Assembly: GCA_040285745.1 (NCBI GenBank) | Contig: JAUFOR010000008.1 | Coordinates: forward strand, 1,364,001 to 1,428,000 | Origin: Barthelona sp. PCE | Taxonomy: Eukaryota | Direction of reading: 5' to 3' | DNA: 64,000 nt | Shown: positions 13,901-21,596 of the stretch, one piece after another | Layout of the letters: every line of letters begins with the position of its first letter | Numbering within the stretch: the first letter of the stretch is position 1 | Made by a program: the position numbers and the translations under genes | Notes under the pieces: generated by a model | The model's input: only the letters and a program-made list of their open reading frames with translations | Told to the model about the DNA's origin: nothing | Database searches by the model: none

Positions 13901-13948
13901 CAGACTGTTGGAGATATTCAATCAACCAAACAATTATCTTTACTCTAA
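4961..13948 (+). CDS. VPS13: VPS13 family bridge-like lipid transfer protein (~2995 aa)
   Basis: Chorein-N start MFEGLVSSLLSKILGDYIENL...GLFGGKVELNNL, LTVPW and WWKFA motifs, and C-terminal LDIIGNP / GIVGVVAQPVRGAQNEGFFGAIKGVGKG. First ATG is 4961; the track start is TTG. Confidence 0.95.
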   Translation: MFEGLVSSLLSKILGDYIENLNTDNLRIGLFGGKVELNNLVLKETCLQEFFPALKVKKGVLGSLQLTVPWRNLKSRPVIVDMSDLFILTTTDTEFEVSPGDLQKSIEAALIKKQKLLEFYEEGVKEAEQLALEESGKKKKKKKGFVDNIVTLILNNLQITLRNIHIKVDDTSVASHNCAIGITLNSFRIKSCDKDFNEMFIEGKPDEIYKKANLDGFSLYCNHGSSFEFFKNDVFVGVDDFKDFMRSQIPNSDNKNDPMRDHIYILEPVSFDLELTLNREGFAFDGITPQVIANLGLQNLNLKINDRQMSCLMEIADFSSEFVKRFTWKDYRPTVTVMEDRMAWWKFAIEYAKKTSATKIAWTLTDGFFEERRRDRLAYIALINQAKEIGPIKAEDLSEEQEELKSLIESRYSLSDLIFFRKCADVELKGLLRRYEESLESAGMFARKQKKAALAELMQGLSDEERLELYRSVDDFEIDEGAVDTDVPDDYIKIQSKFCMESVSVALAKAATQKAFATVALSDIKGGLTINDFGTIDVDFALGDLSLSNLKQQRLFGLLEVSNDLLTSHVVLNPIPDESKQINPDLKLDLHLEETYIVTDFGFIGDVISFFANDTPSELKELASKAADASVSKYDDYSAKATEAMYEALQNRKMMELNIDLCAPSIIVPRNSLDSLVIKPGRLFLNSVEMENMYDTYERFNLSLQQTSMYIVEGNFSQLSFTEFVQTVCTSTGNSLLKPIELDCAFARNINGEDRENTGMIVDVILKPVLMRLSDADIHFLVDLGVEYIKKLDMLKPETTDMVEANIITIVDAPKKPTKEIVEKVEVVEVETNTDMLDMLSKYVEMSISLKFEALHIDLVRECETFAKISFGGLNCDVKKYPHGMHVNTSFGSLGIVPTGTATPLLYCGDDKGELLSFNMEMYSHHPVTEHIINMRSIETLQSIDVSLGKLSFDVNREFVFDMILFGLDMLDYMKYAGLITEESKDVELEINSDATNDAEIDVVDDLVPIHSNGVYDIVKKTSVKYSFDGLSLSLSKNNGVLASASITGLCGVLEMDMDGLFLKTVIDGIDFIYFDGDDCIPIISSPDQFLSVRLGIPTDGVMNINAELGTLKICFVLKCLLGIADYATESSAINKVFSLYSTDAVSAASQKADEAAENLKEVTTLPNVALSLKAVEVIVPRNSIQQETGLRLKLDSLDVTVATEEAVLTFGGIGCDLYENEDILSLWKGTAMNIVCGMNLDELDFDISVNIAKSCFDLSLHELSILLTVLENFSEKPSIENHQSLSSKIDERLQSFLPASRINSSDGSLSSAHEILQAKEESQKEVVEATGDAKVLHLKFDFNFDGFDVTLEELLKFHAGSFATNGDIKGSDIIVNLTYDDFAIYPLDGEHAILRIGMEGVDDINDIMVGLTLSEAAIDIDLTVLGCYASISPDFVTNALKYVDDLQAILKPADSEKEIAAEEADDKIIQKTKKEVDKVETKPKIITGRVLIQPIIFTLYSTDCTLMLESTVNASFNMNATGSSDGLLGDLGFKVLVSAGIKFCPYTCIDPSKLTSIIDGIICTISSTPDLNSSEMELMKRPNINMILGSTDEPVSKEEQEDDVEEGLSVLRQHVIEDCGQSLITLNFQRVEMRISYQQILAIVALTNLFTETLKTIAKKEMDMVSVEVDVDAEDFEVLLPADELFEPIPNEDGKQEEESFVEQVPRKKKGLTIFLDGEPCSLTLINDQSSHMTVPLLRFMFFFRGASVVINPEEKLLFAVTDSISFNIGYWSPLVSAWESLVEPMSFYCSFLQGSGLNDLAVVFYNTFGINITTRSFDVLSASFISFTNELSKKEVRNTSPLQIVSHLEQDFTVILSDGRNENRLDVSKNSVVDLDCAYRTLVIEGFNCEDLVVDLNRSGATFVRSNHPILRHIEVFTQMSDLQKIVHIRTPSLVTNHTDQTVMFTVCDRTMMAVEPNQTVGLPMETFLTPSSTLKLSSSNKVIPFAVDNHQIAVNGRMHYIEVKARTLYLDIHVHPPLQIVNRMPFELKATVRIEDGVEHDLFSGASKLVHVGFNTSATLIIDSFEWPITFNGKSRVLKFEEKYSSAPSNLLGQGFVMSQVVEKHGNLQCVRAEFYVSHFIQNWCSLPLFIKQSKDEHFIPHFMGQEMLSFNNFPGFMYGSLDKSSNVTLAYSENPEGAKTFDVNLDTFGADQSEEIDGFALGLSTNPGTKEFTGSKILKIVNRFVIQSEVTDLGISLYENEHFDVAETLEIRSPDMDADDLKLKFKLGDDEVGPFKFTSASQHRFELNGRYMFAKSIFKGSQFYVSVKEAKPPVVFYNKTHVDIGFSEVVMRDEKPIQSEVMFIAPHDNRDYCTLNSSISDVVFMLSIAGTCLKFDLKKPLIDSLFEAGDQDFLVYSVFDGQTQHIAIYECPFGYQRKKIVEKEPMKVEVSLVHIGVSFIDETPQELFLLEVVNFKLSLQKFETRMILDLKLGDLQLDDLRCKANEKFVIHKKRELGNQNSQRDLFHLLFIKNTRVPNYIELLEVLLREICVKVTGSLLHSIKDIVALFDVAPVLESLALLTDSKSNEAAQEEKLKDELQQIDTTLVFGKFLVHPIQVNLSLQNFNLDDFMTIPIVNALSGILSSISDFPFTLKSLELNNFIMQSSVFVSLIKSQIFSNLAMNVAKLIGSLDIIGNPLSLLNSVGFGVKSLFYSPFSAEVTSVDTFFKSVFAGGELFVVSVLSGVTNSVTSVVGSIENGFAILSADDEFQEELRVRNAQQVDHIGDGIIQGVSILGTSILDGIVGVVAQPVRGAQNEGFFGAIKGVGKGVVGLAAKPLAGSLSLASKVVVGAKNTFVNSADPYCYRFPRWLVPGKPIVDYLMCCEGAGLQVCLKETNDDFNDDVLMYYCRHEDKVLLMTRRTVLIVRVPPVDHCGTELKVLDSVSYSDVIEIVAARNGVLSFNKQKGGLFSVFSSNALTFQMANEEVAAQVAKNAKQTVGDIQSTKQLSLL

Positions 13949-16149
13949 TTAGCATTTACCTTGTGATTGCTGATGTTTTTTCCCTGTAGCGTCATCTTAC
14001 TGCTGTTTGGATCAGTAAACTTAGAAAATATATTATGTTTCACACCTGCAAATATACACTTCCAATTATTGTTTCCGAAGTCGGCCTCAAACTTTTTCAT
14101 AAACTCATCATCCAGTGAATGGTTGAAGCTCTTCTCGTACTCTTTTGTGGACTGTTCACCCTCATCAACTTCTACCTTGGGGTTTCTAATAATCTTTCCT
14201 GTCTTGGTATCAATATGTTGTATAAATAATTCTTCAAGTATAGGAACAAGATCATTGAACGCAGTTGTCACCATGTCTTCCATTACTGGAGTGTTTTTGA
14301 TAAAGGTGGGGCTGGAGTTCACTTCCAACAACCATACACCTCCGCTAACATCAATAAGGAAGTCGAAACCGAACAACTCAAACGTAAAATCACGATGTGT
14401 GATACTGCTTTGACACTCGAGCATTGTTTCGATAACAATCTCTTTCATTCGTTCTTGGATTGAATCAAAGGTTACATTCGTTTTTGTTTGTGAAATATAG
14501 CCAACAAATTGATCAACCGACCACATATTGCCTGCTTCATCATAATTTTCTGCATTCTGCTGCACACAGTTGTTTGAAAGGTGAATAAAAGGATCCAGTG
14601 ATTGAGTATCGTAGTTCGTTGAGCATAATCTAAAGTAGCACCCGTCGAAAAAGAATATCTGAAGCGGGTTAATGGATGTCACAAGTACCCATTGACGGAT
14701 ATCAAACTTCTTGTTTTGTAAAAGAAGAGGCTCCTCACAATATTGTTGCAGCAAAAATGAAGAATTGTTCCGCAGTGATGTTAAAAAATTCATATCTCCA
14801 ACGACCTCAATCCCGCGCCCTCTTGATAGCTTTCCGGGCTTTAGAATCCACAGATTGTCACCGTTAAACACTGGAGTAATGAGCTTGTTGACCTCTCTCA
14901 TAACACGCCTGTATGTTGCTTCATAGTCTTTAACAAGAACGTTAAGCCCATTAAGTAGCGTGACAACTACGTTTTTAGATGGATTAAGCCCAATAAACCA
15001 CTCGCACGGTGTTTTATGCATCTGCTTAGTTTGACCACCTTCCACTGAGTACGTCATGTCGAGTGCCTGTTTGAATTTGGAGCTGTTTCTGATGAGTACG
15101 TTCTCGTGAATAGTCCAGTCATCCAACAAAAGCTGCCACTCAATTCCAGATAGTGCTACAATATCCGGCGATGGCCAGCTTGTCTGGGGAATATCAATAC
15201 GTGCAATAAAACTCTTTAGGGCGATGAATGAACGTAAATTTAACAGCATTGGATCCTCGATGAAGCTCTGAAATGAAAAAACTGGACATTCACATGGTAG
15301 ATGTTTAAGCAGAAAAGAAACAATATAATTCTGCTTAAAATGGAATAAAAAGTCAAAACAATCAGGTAAACTTTCCAAATTATAAGATTTCGGAAAAAAG
15401 TCGGTTCTTTCTCTTAACTTTTGAAACAAACCAATTTTTGTTGTTAAACAACCTGTTGACGCAAAATGGTTAACAATTTGTGTTTTTCCGAGTACTGTTT
15501 TCCTCCATACACGTCTTACAGTCATTTTGAAATTAAAATGTTCCGATTCTACATCTTCATTACTTATCCAATCCCTCTCCGCAAAGTTACGCTGCATGTC
15601 AATGTATACAGGGCTTATCGTGTACAACATTGCATTTATAGGATAACCCATTGCCTTTTTGTATTTGAGGGTTGTTTCGGGTTTCAAGGCTTTTACCAAT
15701 AGCCTACGCTCTTTTGGCTTAGAAAGTCTATCCAGTGTATTTGAGCGCCGCAGTTTCTTTGCTGGCTTGGGATCGTCCGTTGAACTAGGAGATTCCGTTC
15801 TAGCTACAGAAGAAGAACGTTTTAACTTTGTTTTAATTGCTTTTAACTTGTTTTTAGACTTATCTCCACGTGGAGTTAGACTCTTTGGCGTATCTTCTGC
15901 CTTTGTATCTCTTCGCATTTTGGCCAAAATCTGAGTCTGCAATTTTTTTTTGAATGCCTTCGTACGGACTTCTTTGAGAAGTTCCTGTTCGCGGCTCTTC
16001 TGATTCTTCTGACTTAGCTTGTTCAAATATTCTTCATATCGCTGAGAGAACTTACTAACAGATTTTTTTGATGACCCTTGTAGATCTAGCACTTTTCGGT
16101 TTCTTTCGGCTAATGAAATGGCGCCCTGTTGCTCGTCTTCGCTGGTCAT
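13945..16149 (-). CDS. TTLL3: Tubulin-tyrosine-ligase-like protein, TTLL3/8-type tubulin glycylase
   Basis: WILKPGKLSRGRGI, KFDIRQWVLVT, HLSNNCVQ, FELFGFDFLID and WLLEVNSSP motifs. SRGRGI and RQW are typical of glycylases. Confidence 0.85.
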   Translation of the reverse strand: MTSEDEQQGAISLAERNRKVLDLQGSSKKSVSKFSQRYEEYLNKLSQKNQKSREQELLKEVRTKAFKKKLQTQILAKMRRDTKAEDTPKSLTPRGDKSKNKLKAIKTKLKRSSSVARTESPSSTDDPKPAKKLRRSNTLDRLSKPKERRLLVKALKPETTLKYKKAMGYPINAMLYTISPVYIDMQRNFAERDWISNEDVESEHFNFKMTVRRVWRKTVLGKTQIVNHFASTGCLTTKIGLFQKLRERTDFFPKSYNLESLPDCFDFLFHFKQNYIVSFLLKHLPCECPVFSFQSFIEDPMLLNLRSFIALKSFIARIDIPQTSWPSPDIVALSGIEWQLLLDDWTIHENVLIRNSSKFKQALDMTYSVEGGQTKQMHKTPCEWFIGLNPSKNVVVTLLNGLNVLVKDYEATYRRVMREVNKLITPVFNGDNLWILKPGKLSRGRGIEVVGDMNFLTSLRNNSSFLLQQYCEEPLLLQNKKFDIRQWVLVTSINPLQIFFFDGCYFRLCSTNYDTQSLDPFIHLSNNCVQQNAENYDEAGNMWSVDQFVGYISQTKTNVTFDSIQERMKEIVIETMLECQSSITHRDFTFELFGFDFLIDVSGGVWLLEVNSSPTFIKNTPVMEDMVTTAFNDLVPILEELFIQHIDTKTGKIIRNPKVEVDEGEQSTKEYEKSFNHSLDDEFMKKFEADFGNNNWKCIFAGVKHNIFSKFTDPNSSKMTLQGKNISNHKVNAN

Positions 16150-16392
16150 GCTACATAAGCGTACGAGAAATGAAAGAGGGTGTTTAATCCGAATACAAAA
16201 AAATGATCATATTCTGCTATAATCACTTAAAAAACAAACTCTTTGCAAGTAACCGGCATTTACATACCATTGCATGCATTTGGAAAGAATATATCTAGTA
16301 AATTACAAACCTGCATTTGAATAAAGTATATTTACTGGTATATAATCAAAAATACAAGATGTTTTGCGAGTATTGACATGGCTGAGAAGTAT

Positions 16393-17037
16393 TTATGGAA
16401 TGTAAATACCCGGCTGTCCGGGCATCATTCCTGGCTGTTGCATGGGCATCATAGGCTGACCTGGCATCATCCCTGGCTGTTGCATAGGCATCATAGGCTG
16501 TCCGGGCATCATTCCTGGCTGTTGCATGGGCATCATAGGCTGACCTGGCATCATTCCTGGCTGTTGCATAGGCATCATAGGCTGACCTGGCATCATACCT
16601 GGCTGTTGCATGGGCATCATAGGTTGTTGCATGGGCATCATGGGCTGTTGCATAGGCATCATACCTGGTTGCTGCATTGGAACACCCATACCAGGATTAT
16701 ATTGAATTCCTTCACGAGCCATACGCTGTTGCTGTGATCTCATGTGATTTAAGCTCCTTTGCTGTTCCTTGGCAATGCGTCGATTGTGAGCCACAGCTCT
16801 ATTATGAGCCCTCTGATTCTCCTTTTGCTGTCTCTTCTGATTAGCAATCATTCTATTATGAGCTTTAATTTGTTCTTTTTGTTGGTGTCTCTGGTTTGCC
16901 AAACGTCTATTATGTGCTCGTTTACCATTCATAGAGGAGGTAGTTGTTACCATTGCAAGAGGGTCAGGAAAACCTTGTGCATCGACTGGTGCACCACCGT
17001 GAGGATGACCTGTTCCAAAATTAACGTGAAAATTCAT
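16393..17037 (-). CDS. Low-complexity Q/P/M/G repeat protein (214 aa)
   Basis: Clean ORF with AHNRxxANQxxQQKE-like repeats, then (QQPGMMPGQPMMPM)n. Repeat units vary mostly at third codon positions in this frame. Confidence 0.75.
   Translation of the reverse strand: MNFHVNFGTGHPHGGAPVDAQGFPDPLAMVTTTSSMNGKRAHNRRLANQRHQQKEQIKAHNRMIANQKRQQKENQRAHNRAVAHNRRIAKEQQRSLNHMRSQQQRMAREGIQYNPGMGVPMQQPGMMPMQQPMMPMQQPMMPMQQPGMMPGQPMMPMQQPGMMPGQPMMPMQQPGMMPGQPMMPMQQPGMMPGQPMMPMQQPGMMPGQPGIYIP
16408..16680 (-). repeat. Coding tandem repeat, ~42-nt unit (14 aa) plus shorter 21-24 nt subunits
   Basis: Repeated ggcatcattcctggctgttgcatgggcatcataggctg-type units are directly visible. Confidence 0.9.
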
Positions 17038-17753
17038 GAAAAAAGGGGTTGAAAATAATAAATCAAGAAGATTGATGCTTCAATGGTTAATATAATACCG
17101 TCACAGTTTTAGTTATCTAATATACAAACCTATTATGCTATATAAAACTCTGCATGAACTTCCTAAACCACAAAAACTGTTTTAGCCAGATAATACAGTA
17201 AATCATGAACACTAGCTGCCAAATCAATGTACAGTTTAACATTCCATTCGATTAAACAATAATAAGTCAAAAAAACGACATGAACTTGATGTAATTTCTT
17301 TAACTACAATATTTGTTGTTGGCGATATTGTGAATTGCAAAATGTGATGCACACTAGAACTTTGTATTCATAATTCAGGAATTAGACCAAAAATACTAAG
17401 CTGTGATAAGATAAAACTTTGCAGGTTTTCATATTATTTATTAATATCCATAAGTCTAGTCAATTCCTCCACTAAAATGATTCCAAACAGCAAAAAAACC
17501 TGTGCAGATATACATAGTGCAATATTCTTTCCTCAGTTCCAGTCTTGTCTCATTCTTATTCAACTCTAAATATGAATGCTACATCCATCTCATCACCGAA
17601 TTTAGTACCCTATTGTGAGTAATGCATCTTTAAAAGACTGAACTTATGGCTTGTAAAACGTTAATCTTCCCTTTCTAAAACGAGGGTAGCGCTTATCACT
17701 GTAACATACCTGTATTGCCTGTAATTCCACCCAACTTATCCATTTTTTAACCA

Positions 17754-19295
17754 ATGTCATACAACAGAGACGATATATTTAATACATCATCATCCTCGAT
17801 AGGTAGCGTCGTTCCAAGTGTGGACGTAACATGCTTAGTATCGAGCTTGTTGTCTAGATCGCTTAGTGCACCAATATCTCAAGCTTCAGATGATGATATC
17901 GATTATGAGAACGATGAGATGTACAACTACTTGGGATATGACTATGAGTTCGACAGAGAACCTTCAACCAGCCTAGCACAGTCGACGATTATTAACGACA
18001 TGCTCAGTGATGATGAAGATTTCTTCTTGGCCTCACCCATTCAACCAGAGCTATCTGTCAATCAACCACCTTCTCCCTTGCAACTAATGGAGAGTCCCCC
18101 ACCTGGGGTATCAAAGCATCACTCACCAAAGCCTCAAGCTTTTCTTAAATCACCAAATAAGCCTCCCAGATCCCCTCAGAATCGCGTTAATATCGGCGCA
18201 CCAATCATCTCAACATCACCCACAGCACGCATAGACTTTGGTTCGTCCCCAATGGCCCCAGGAATCCTACTCCAGAACAACAACTCACCGCTCGACGTTC
18301 CGCTTAATGGTAACATTGTTCGCCACGCTACGTCACAGAAGGGCATGACATATCTGCAACAAACTATTAGCCAGGGATCTCCGGAGACAATCGCGTCGAT
18401 TACTCAGGAAATCATCAACAGTAACGCAGTTCATGTGCTCATGGCTGACCCTCATGGTAACTATATTGCCCAAAAGTTGTTCAGACACACTAGTGAGCCC
18501 CTGCGTGTACTTATGCTTCAGCAGGTTGGAACAACATTACCTCAAATTGCGTGCAGCACACATGGAACAAGATCGATTCAGGCTGCTATTGAGTATTCAC
18601 AATCGTTTGACAGTAAGGACATAATTATCCAAAGTCTTTCCACGTGTCTATATGAGCTCATGACAAATCAGAACGCCGTTCACTCTGTTCATAAATGGCT
18701 CGCCACATGGCCCATGCTCTGTAAGCCAATATTTGACGTTTCATTAGAGAGAAGCTATGATCTTGCAATTGATAAGCATGGTTGCTGTGTTTTGCAGCGA
18801 GTTTTGAATTCATCACATACATCTGCAGTAATCGTTATCATTCATTCATTGCTTGAACATTTCTTGGGTTTAACTAAACATCAGTACGGTAATTATGTCG
18901 TTCAATGCGTACTTAAATTAGATTCTGTTGATCTCACAGAGGTACACAAGTTATATGTCAACAACTTAGTTAATTTGTCATACAACAAGTTTAGTTCCAA
19001 TGTTGTTGAAAAACTATTCACTAACCCTAATGTTTCTGCAGTTTTAAGAGCTGCATTTGTAAGTGAGATTGCCAATTCAAATGACCTATTACGTTTGGTA
19101 AGTCATTCTTTTGGTAACTATGTTGTTCAAAAGGCAATTGATATGGCACAAGGAGAAAATGCAACCATTTTTGAAAATCGACTTAGGAAACATGTTACTA
19201 CATTAAGAGAAACACCTGGTGGTAACCGTATAGCATCAAAATTAGATGAGAACCTAAATGGAGGATCATCATATCGTGCTAAAAGAAGAAGGTAG
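17754..19295 (+). CDS. Pumilio/PUF RNA-binding protein
   Basis: PUF repeats HGNYIAQ, HGTRSIQ, HGCCVLQ, YGNYVVQ, FSSNVVE and FGNYVVQ follow a disordered S/P-rich N-terminus. Confidence 0.95.
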   Translation: MSYNRDDIFNTSSSSIGSVVPSVDVTCLVSSLLSRSLSAPISQASDDDIDYENDEMYNYLGYDYEFDREPSTSLAQSTIINDMLSDDEDFFLASPIQPELSVNQPPSPLQLMESPPPGVSKHHSPKPQAFLKSPNKPPRSPQNRVNIGAPIISTSPTARIDFGSSPMAPGILLQNNNSPLDVPLNGNIVRHATSQKGMTYLQQTISQGSPETIASITQEIINSNAVHVLMADPHGNYIAQKLFRHTSEPLRVLMLQQVGTTLPQIACSTHGTRSIQAAIEYSQSFDSKDIIIQSLSTCLYELMTNQNAVHSVHKWLATWPMLCKPIFDVSLERSYDLAIDKHGCCVLQRVLNSSHTSAVIVIIHSLLEHFLGLTKHQYGNYVVQCVLKLDSVDLTEVHKLYVNNLVNLSYNKFSSNVVEKLFTNPNVSAVLRAAFVSEIANSNDLLRLVSHSFGNYVVQKAIDMAQGENATIFENRLRKHVTTLRETPGGNRIASKLDENLNGGSSYRAKRRR

Positions 19296-19313
19296 TAAAT
19301 CAATTTTTATTTT

Positions 19314-21356
19314 TTACAATTTTGAACGTAATTTACGCATACATAACAGTATAATAACAATACCAAACGCAACTAGTGCAGCAAAATCTCGCCAAATATC
19401 CATGAAACCGAGTCCTCTGGTTGTAATAGAACGACTACAATTTGTAGCATAGTAAGTAGGAATTAAATATGTGAAATATCTAATCCAAGGCAGCAAAATA
19501 TCGACAGAACTGATGATACCACTGAGCAACAAAGCAGGAATAACACTTAAAATAACCAATAAAAAGGATGCAAGTGAATCATTTCCACTAAAAGTAGAGA
19601 TGAAAACGCCTAAAGCAAGTGAAACGATGGACAGAATTATCAAAACAACAAATAGAAGAGGGATAGATCCTTTAACCTCTACATCAAAGATTATAAATGC
19701 CGTCGCAGCTGCGAGGAAAATTTGAACAATAAGCAAAATAATTTGAGGAGAGAAATAACCCAATACTAGGTGGCGTGCCTGGACACCGGCAACGTACATG
19801 CGTTCCAAACAACCATTCTGTCTGTAAGAAATGAAAAGGTTTGCAAGGAAAATTATTGACATAATGTAAACAACAAAGACAAACAGACCTGGTGTGAGGA
19901 AATCTGCCAATGTGTCATCAACAGATGTCATGTACAACCCATTATCGAAAGAAAGAGGGAGTGTAGGGGCTGATTGACCAAAGTTATTAGTAAGAAAGGC
20001 ACTCATTATATCTACAAGCTTTTGACGCAATTCGACAGCCACTGATTGGTCTGCGTAATCAAGACGGATGTCTATTGGGATGTCTAACGAGACATTGGTG
20101 AGGGAAGCACCAAAATCGACCGGTAGGTGGACGATTGCGCTGAGACCAGCTTCTATAACGTTGTCTAACGCCAAGTCCATCGTTGTATACTGTGTGAGGG
20201 AGTACAGTTCCTTCTCCTCCTTCATCAGAGCGGTAAAGCTCGCTGACAAAGCTGAGTCATCAGAATCGACCCAGCCAACTGATACACCGCTAACAGAGCC
20301 TCCCAGGACCGAGTTAAGGATGATCATCATGAAGATTGGCATCATAATTGAAAACATAAGCAAGCGGCGTGATGACACAAGAGTTTTGGCGTGTTTTCTG
20401 AATATACCACTAACAAAGCGAGGTTTACCTCTCTTAAGAGTACTTGCAGTCATTGCAATAACATCAGCATCACCTATGTTAACCTGAGAGTGTCTTTTTT
20501 CATTGACTTCATCATTAACAATTTTTTCAGTAACTTCTAAAGGATATTCATTAATTACTGTTCCATTTTCATCAACTGTATGGACTGCAACCTTCTCCTG
20601 GTGGGTAGCCAGCAGTAAAAATACATCATTCAGATTGTCACACTGATATTTGTCCAAGAGTCGCATAGGATGGTTCTGATCAAGAATGTGGCCTTCGCGC
20701 ATAAAGATAACCTCGTCACCCCGCATGGCGCTCTCAAGGTTGTGATCTGTTTGAATCACAGTGACACCAGACTCCTGAGTGATGAGACGCAGATACTTCA
20801 TTACACGCTCACGAGATACAACATCCAAGCCTGCAAGACATTCGTCCAAAAGGAGGAGCTTTGGCTTGTGTAGAAGAGCGGTTGCAAGAGCTACACGACG
20901 ACGTTGTCCACCTGATAGAGTGTTGAGAACACGATCCATGGATATATCTTCCATACCAAGAAAGGTCATGATCTCCTGGGCCTTACCCTTGACATCTCCT
21001 TCAACTCCGTAAAGGTTGGCAAAAAATAGAACGTTGTCAGCAATAGTTAGTCGATCAAAAACACCACTGTATTGTGGAAGGTACCCAATATCTCGTGTGG
21101 TAACATTAACCTTGAGGGATCCCGTTTTTGGGGCCAGAAGTCCCAAAATCAAGCTGATTAATGTTGTTTTACCAGCACCACTGGGTGCTAAAAGACTAAC
21201 AATCGTTCCCTTTTTAATTTGAAGGTCAATATTCTTTAAAACCTTATGATCACCCGTATATGAGAATGATAGATTGTTAATATCAACAACATATTCCTCT
21301 TCACCGTTATTTACGTCAACAATACAACCATTTGATGTATCAACGACGTCTGCCAT
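19314..21356 (-). CDS. ABC half-transporter, NBD plus ABC-2-type permease (ABCH/ABCG-like architecture)
   Basis: Walker A APSGAGKTT, signature LSGGQ, Walker B LLLLDE. One TM, a large loop, then 5 TMs. Confidence 0.9.
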   Translation of the reverse strand: MADVVDTSNGCIVDVNNGEEEYVVDINNLSFSYTGDHKVLKNIDLQIKKGTIVSLLAPSGAGKTTLISLILGLLAPKTGSLKVNVTTRDIGYLPQYSGVFDRLTIADNVLFFANLYGVEGDVKGKAQEIMTFLGMEDISMDRVLNTLSGGQRRRVALATALLHKPKLLLLDECLAGLDVVSRERVMKYLRLITQESGVTVIQTDHNLESAMRGDEVIFMREGHILDQNHPMRLLDKYQCDNLNDVFLLLATHQEKVAVHTVDENGTVINEYPLEVTEKIVNDEVNEKRHSQVNIGDADVIAMTASTLKRGKPRFVSGIFRKHAKTLVSSRRLLMFSIMMPIFMMIILNSVLGGSVSGVSVGWVDSDDSALSASFTALMKEEKELYSLTQYTTMDLALDNVIEAGLSAIVHLPVDFGASLTNVSLDIPIDIRLDYADQSVAVELRQKLVDIMSAFLTNNFGQSAPTLPLSFDNGLYMTSVDDTLADFLTPGLFVFVVYIMSIIFLANLFISYRQNGCLERMYVAGVQARHLVLGYFSPQIILLIVQIFLAAATAFIIFDVEVKGSIPLLFVVLIILSIVSLALGVFISTFSGNDSLASFLLVILSVIPALLLSGIISSVDILLPWIRYFTYLIPTYYATNCSRSITTRGLGFMDIWRDFAALVAFGIVIILLCMRKLRSKL

Positions 21357-21596
21357 GTATTCAGTCCTACCAAGATTAGTCAGCTTAAAAACTGTAATTT
21401 AAAACAGAAAAAAGTGAAATTAACTTAAACAAAAAGAAAAGAAATAGCATCTTAAGGTACTTTATTTCTGATTTTGGGAAACATAAGGGTCTTTTAGACA
21501 TATAAGTACAAATCGTTTACTTCAAGAATCCTCTGAAAAACCGAAAAAAAAAAGTTTTCGAATTTTTAACTCTTTCACTGCAGAAAACTATCTTAA

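Noticed and set aside
16378-16737. His/Trp-rich + strand ORF; repeat resembling a CRISPR array
   Set aside because: It is the antisense of the Q/P/M coding repeat. There are no unique spacers and no cas genes.
21365-21392. Branch-like ACTAAT...TAG upstream of the ABC gene
   Set aside because: No GTATG donor at a fitting distance, and the spacing differs from the -8 rule.
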